Both the position numbers and the translations under genes were made by a program. A DNA stretch of 64,000 nt, taken from Bdellovibrionales bacterium (GTDB lineage Bacteria > Bdellovibrionota > Bdellovibrionia > Bdellovibrionales > UBA1609). The notes under the pieces were generated by a model that saw only the letters and a list, made by a program, of their open reading frames with translations, did no database searches and was not told the DNA's origin. The stretch lies in NCBI GenBank assembly GCA_965219095.1, contig OZ244719.1, forward strand, positions 610,142 to 674,141. Reading direction: 5' to 3'. Of this stretch, positions 60,578 through 64,000 are shown in pieces (within the stretch, counting starts at the first letter, position 1; each line of letters opens with the position of its first letter).

Positions 60578-61854
60578 ATACCTTCTCTGAAGAGTTTCGT
60601 ACTCTTTTTGAGTCAGAACTCTTGACTCTTTTTTATGAACTAACTCCACAGTCTCTTTAAGAAGTTTTTTGAGATTTGTAGCCCATTTGAATCCATTGCT
60701 TTCTTCTATAAATTTAAGCTCTCTCAAAAGGTGAGCCACACACAAAGCATGAGTTATCTTATCATAACAAAAGTAAGGACTCCAACAATCATGCACAAGC
60801 ACTCCTCCATATCTATCCAAGAGACCAATATCTTTTATGGCTTCCCTTCCACCTGAAAGGTGGAGAAACTGCAAGACTAATTCTCCTGAACTATAAGTAT
60901 GAATCCAGTAGTTTTTACCCTTAACCCTCATAGAGGTCTCATCAACATGAATGACCTCTGATTCAAGTATCTTTTCTTTCATCTGCTCTTCCCAACTTTT
61001 AAGAAACTCTCCTAATTCAGCAATGTATCTCAACATAACTGCAGGAGAAATCATTCGACCTATAAGCCCCATGTAATGTTCCCCAACACGTTGAAAAGAC
61101 AGCATCTGAACTATAATGAAATTGATGATGGAAGCTCTAATGCCTATACCATACTGAAGAGGACCACTCATACCTTTAGGGAATTGACCTTTATTTCTAG
61201 CTCCACATGAGGGACAATCCTTAACTTCAGAAGTTACAGTATGGGTCTGAATTTCATAAAAAATATCAATCTTTTTACGCTTCTCAAGGCTTTTTACCTC
61301 TGCTGTCTTTAAAAACATCCCACACTGAGAACACTCTGAGGGAGAGACAGTCTCCTCACTGTTTGTATCTTTACTGTTATCAAGTCTAGAGCCCTTTTTC
61401 TGACTCCCACTAGCTTTCTTATTACGATTCCCTTGACGACTAAAATCTTGCGAAGGAGGAAGACCGCTGTTGCTGGAATTTTTTCGAACCTGTTTTTCTA
61501 AAAGCACAGCAATCAGAATGTTCACAACCTTAAAGAGAGATTCAAAAACCACAGAAATCTCAGTAGGCACAGAACCTTTCTTTGCAAACTTATCAAAGTC
61601 ACTTCTTATATTTTCAATCTCATTTCTGATGGAGGTCTTATTTATTGTCATTTGAAAAAAGTATTTAAAAGAAAATCTGTAAGAGCAAGACTTTTATCTT
61701 AAAACAGGTCTAAAGTTAGGGATAACTGAACAATGTAGGTGAGCAGTTACAAAAAAACTAGAAATCATTCACAAGAACTTCTCTATATTTTTGTAATAGG
61801 GAAGACCTTAGGAAAATGTACAATAAGATCAATAAAAACTTCTCCTTTAAAATC

Positions 61855-61906
61855 TAAGAAACATCCTCCTCGTAGGAATCAAGGGCTGTTAAAAAACCGA
61901 CTTACT
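61855..61906. repeat. Dispersed ~52-bp element, copy C
   Basis: taagaaacatcctcctcgtaggaatcaagggctgttaaaaaaccgacttact. Confidence 0.75.
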
Positions 61907-62149
61907 CTTAAAATACTTATTTAAAAAAGATAAAGGAGGGAAGAGATGTTTTTAAAGACTATCCTAAATAACTGATTGCATTTCAAAACCCACACATAGA
62001 GAGGAGGGTCAGAGTTTTTGTCAAAATGTTTTGATAACATAGAGTCCTATGTAAACAATATTTTTTATGGAAGCCTTGTTATCAAAAAAAGAGCTTTGTT
62101 GCACGCTGAGCCTTCAGTAACAAGAAGAATGGGGTTAAAAACAACTCCA

Positions 62150-62968
62150 TTAAAAGAGAATTGTTTGTTTTGATTTTCTTAAATTATAAGATAAAGTTTG
62201 AAGAGCTAGGATGATTAGGAATAAAAGGAAGGCTGGAAAAAGTATTACATAGAAAGAGCCTGTATAGAAATGACCCCAACCATCACTCATAAGAACTCCT
62301 AAACTGGCTTCAGGAGGTTCAAATCCTAAACCTATAAAGCTTAAAAAACTTTCAAATAAAATGTGTGCTGGCAATTGAAAAATAAACAAAGCCCATAAAA
62401 GGGATTTCAAATTAGGGGCAAGATGAAAAAAGATGATTCTAAAGTTGTTAGCCCCTAAGGCTTTAGCCGATTCTATAAAGCTCATCTCTTTCATTTGAAG
62501 CACTTGTCCTCTCATCACTCTAGCCGTAGTCCTCCATCCTATTAAACTTAAAGTGATACAAAGAATAAAATAACTGTTTACTTGTCCTTCATACATATTT
62601 TCTAAAATCACCTTAAATAAAAGTAAAAGCACAAGAGTCGGTAGAGAAGAAAAAAACTCTACTCCTCTCATTAAAATCTCATCCCATCTGCCCCCCATCC
62701 ATCCTGAAAAAATACCATAGAAAAAACCTATCAAAACTGCTAAAAGGCTACTTATAAAGCCTAGTGAAAAAGAAAGGCGACTAGCATAAAATGTTCTGGA
62801 CAAAACATCTCTTCCTAAATCATCAGTACCCATAAGATGAAGCCAACTTGGTGCTTCTAAGACTTTATCTATATTTTGCTCATTAGAAGAATAAGGAGCC
62901 CATAGATCGACTGTTAAGCATAGAAGAAAAAAAATAACTAAAAACCAAAAACTTTTTTTATACCTCAT
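62150..62968 (-). CDS. oppC: Peptide ABC transporter permease
   Basis: HLMGTDDLGRD, FIESAKALGA, ESFLSFIGLG. Confidence 0.92.
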   Translation of the reverse strand: MRYKKSFWFLVIFFLLCLTVDLWAPYSSNEQNIDKVLEAPSWLHLMGTDDLGRDVLSRTFYASRLSFSLGFISSLLAVLIGFFYGIFSGWMGGRWDEILMRGVEFFSSLPTLVLLLLFKVILENMYEGQVNSYFILCITLSLIGWRTTARVMRGQVLQMKEMSFIESAKALGANNFRIIFFHLAPNLKSLLWALFIFQLPAHILFESFLSFIGLGFEPPEASLGVLMSDGWGHFYTGSFYVILFPAFLLFLIILALQTLSYNLRKSKQTILF

Positions 62969-63878
62969 ACTTTATCCTAGGGTCTAAGAGCAAATAGGAA
63001 AGATCAATTAAGTAGTTTACAAAACAAAGTATAAAAGAAAAAATAAATACACAAGCTAAGATTAAAGGATAATCACGAGTGAAAATACTCAAGGTCATTT
63101 GAGAGCCTAGACCAGGTATAGCAAAAATTTTTTCTACAACAAATGAGCCTGTTAAAATGCCTGAAAAAAGAGAGCCTGAGTAGCTTAAGACCGGCAAGAT
63201 GGCGTTTCTAAGAATATGTTTAAAAAGAACTTGAGTCACAGAAAGACCTTTTGAAAAGGCTGTTTGAACATAAGGTTCTTTTATCTGATCCACAAAATTA
63301 AAATAAGTCAATTGAGCTATAAAAGCCATAGGTCTTAAGGACAAGCACATCACAGGTAAAATAAAATGAGAAGGTGTACCCCAAAGAGCTACAGGAAGCC
63401 ATTTGAGTTGAAGGCTGAACAATAAGATAGCAAAAGCAGCCACTAAAAAGTTGGGTAAAGAAGCTCCTAGAACACAAAAAAAGACCACAAACTTTTCAGG
63501 CCATTTGTTATGATATAAAAAACCTATAAACCCTAAAAAAATACCTAAAGAGTAACAAACCAAAAGAGTAACAAATCCTAGCTTTAAACTCTCAGTAAAA
63601 GATTCTTTTAAAATTGCACCCACGTCATAACCTTGATGGAAATAAGATTTTCCAAAATGTCCCTTCAATAAAGATAGGAAATAGTGCTGATATTGTACCC
63701 ATAAAGTTTCATCCAATTGATATTGAATCTCTAATTGTTTTTTAACAACTTGATCCAAAGGCCTTTCTTCTTCAAAAGCAGATCCTGGAAGATATCTTAA
63801 AAGAAAAAAGTTGGCTGTTAAAATAAGCCAAAGAATGAAAATAAAGCTGAGGGTTCTTTTAAAAAGATAATTTAACAT
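62958..63878 (-). CDS. oppB: Peptide ABC transporter permease
   Basis: YVQTAFSKGL, KHILRNA, VEKIFAIPGLG, RDYP. Confidence 0.92.
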   Translation of the reverse strand: MLNYLFKRTLSFIFILWLILTANFFLLRYLPGSAFEEERPLDQVVKKQLEIQYQLDETLWVQYQHYFLSLLKGHFGKSYFHQGYDVGAILKESFTESLKLGFVTLLVCYSLGIFLGFIGFLYHNKWPEKFVVFFCVLGASLPNFLVAAFAILLFSLQLKWLPVALWGTPSHFILPVMCLSLRPMAFIAQLTYFNFVDQIKEPYVQTAFSKGLSVTQVLFKHILRNAILPVLSYSGSLFSGILTGSFVVEKIFAIPGLGSQMTLSIFTRDYPLILACVFIFSFILCFVNYLIDLSYLLLDPRIKYEV

Positions 63879-64000
63879 TCATCATCAGATAGGCTCCCAA
63901 CTTTCTCTTGTAGAAGGCTTACGAATAGAAAGCTCAAGAGTTTGAGTAAGCCAATTCATTTTAAAAGAAGAACGACCATAAAGTAAACTATAAATACCAT

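Larger units (their letters stand above)
57032..61750 (-). mobile_element. IS66-family element (single tnpC split into 61651-60578 and 57397-57040) with nested insertions
   Basis: TIRs gtaactgctcacc / ggtgagcagttac; 8-bp TSD aaaaaaac; removing the insert restores LQRRY-RSILTKG...TNNRAERNLRM. Confidence 0.92.

Noticed and set aside
63888..64000. 3' end of a minus-strand gene upstream of oppB
   Set aside because: Only about 37 codons are visible; no product can be supported.

Overview
Low-GC bacterial chromosomal segment. The gene content (tolQRAB, priA, PilZ/FHA proteins, rpsF-DUF2232-rplI, dnaB, fis, ftsK, tRNA-Glu/Lys, dnaJ-dnaK, tig, paired ArsA-like ATPases, gshA, oppBC, many secreted hypotheticals) suggests a Bdellovibrionota-like organism (inference), heavily loaded with IS elements (IS3, IS5, IS630, IS66, IS1634, IS481 remnants, some nested). 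The main accessory feature is a complete type II-B (Francisella-like) CRISPR-Cas locus at 4.5-13.5 kb: cas9 (1703 aa), cas1, cas2, cas4, a minus-strand tracrRNA recognisable from the F. novicida tracrRNA core, and an array of 22 perfect 37-bp repeats plus one degenerate repeat. The most notable observations are: (i) an orphan CRISPR repeat, in crRNA sense, fused directly to the stop codon of the neighbouring secreted trypsin-like protease gene, so the mRNA 3' end could become a tracrRNA-dependent non-canonical guide; (ii) a Cas9 PI domain that appears to lack both NGG-reading arginines; (iii) extended -10 promoters in every repeat; (iv) a spacer pair differing only in the seed; (v) several genes that seem to need ATA/CTG start codons. 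All alignments were done by eye and family comparisons rely on recalled sequences; nothing was searched against databases.
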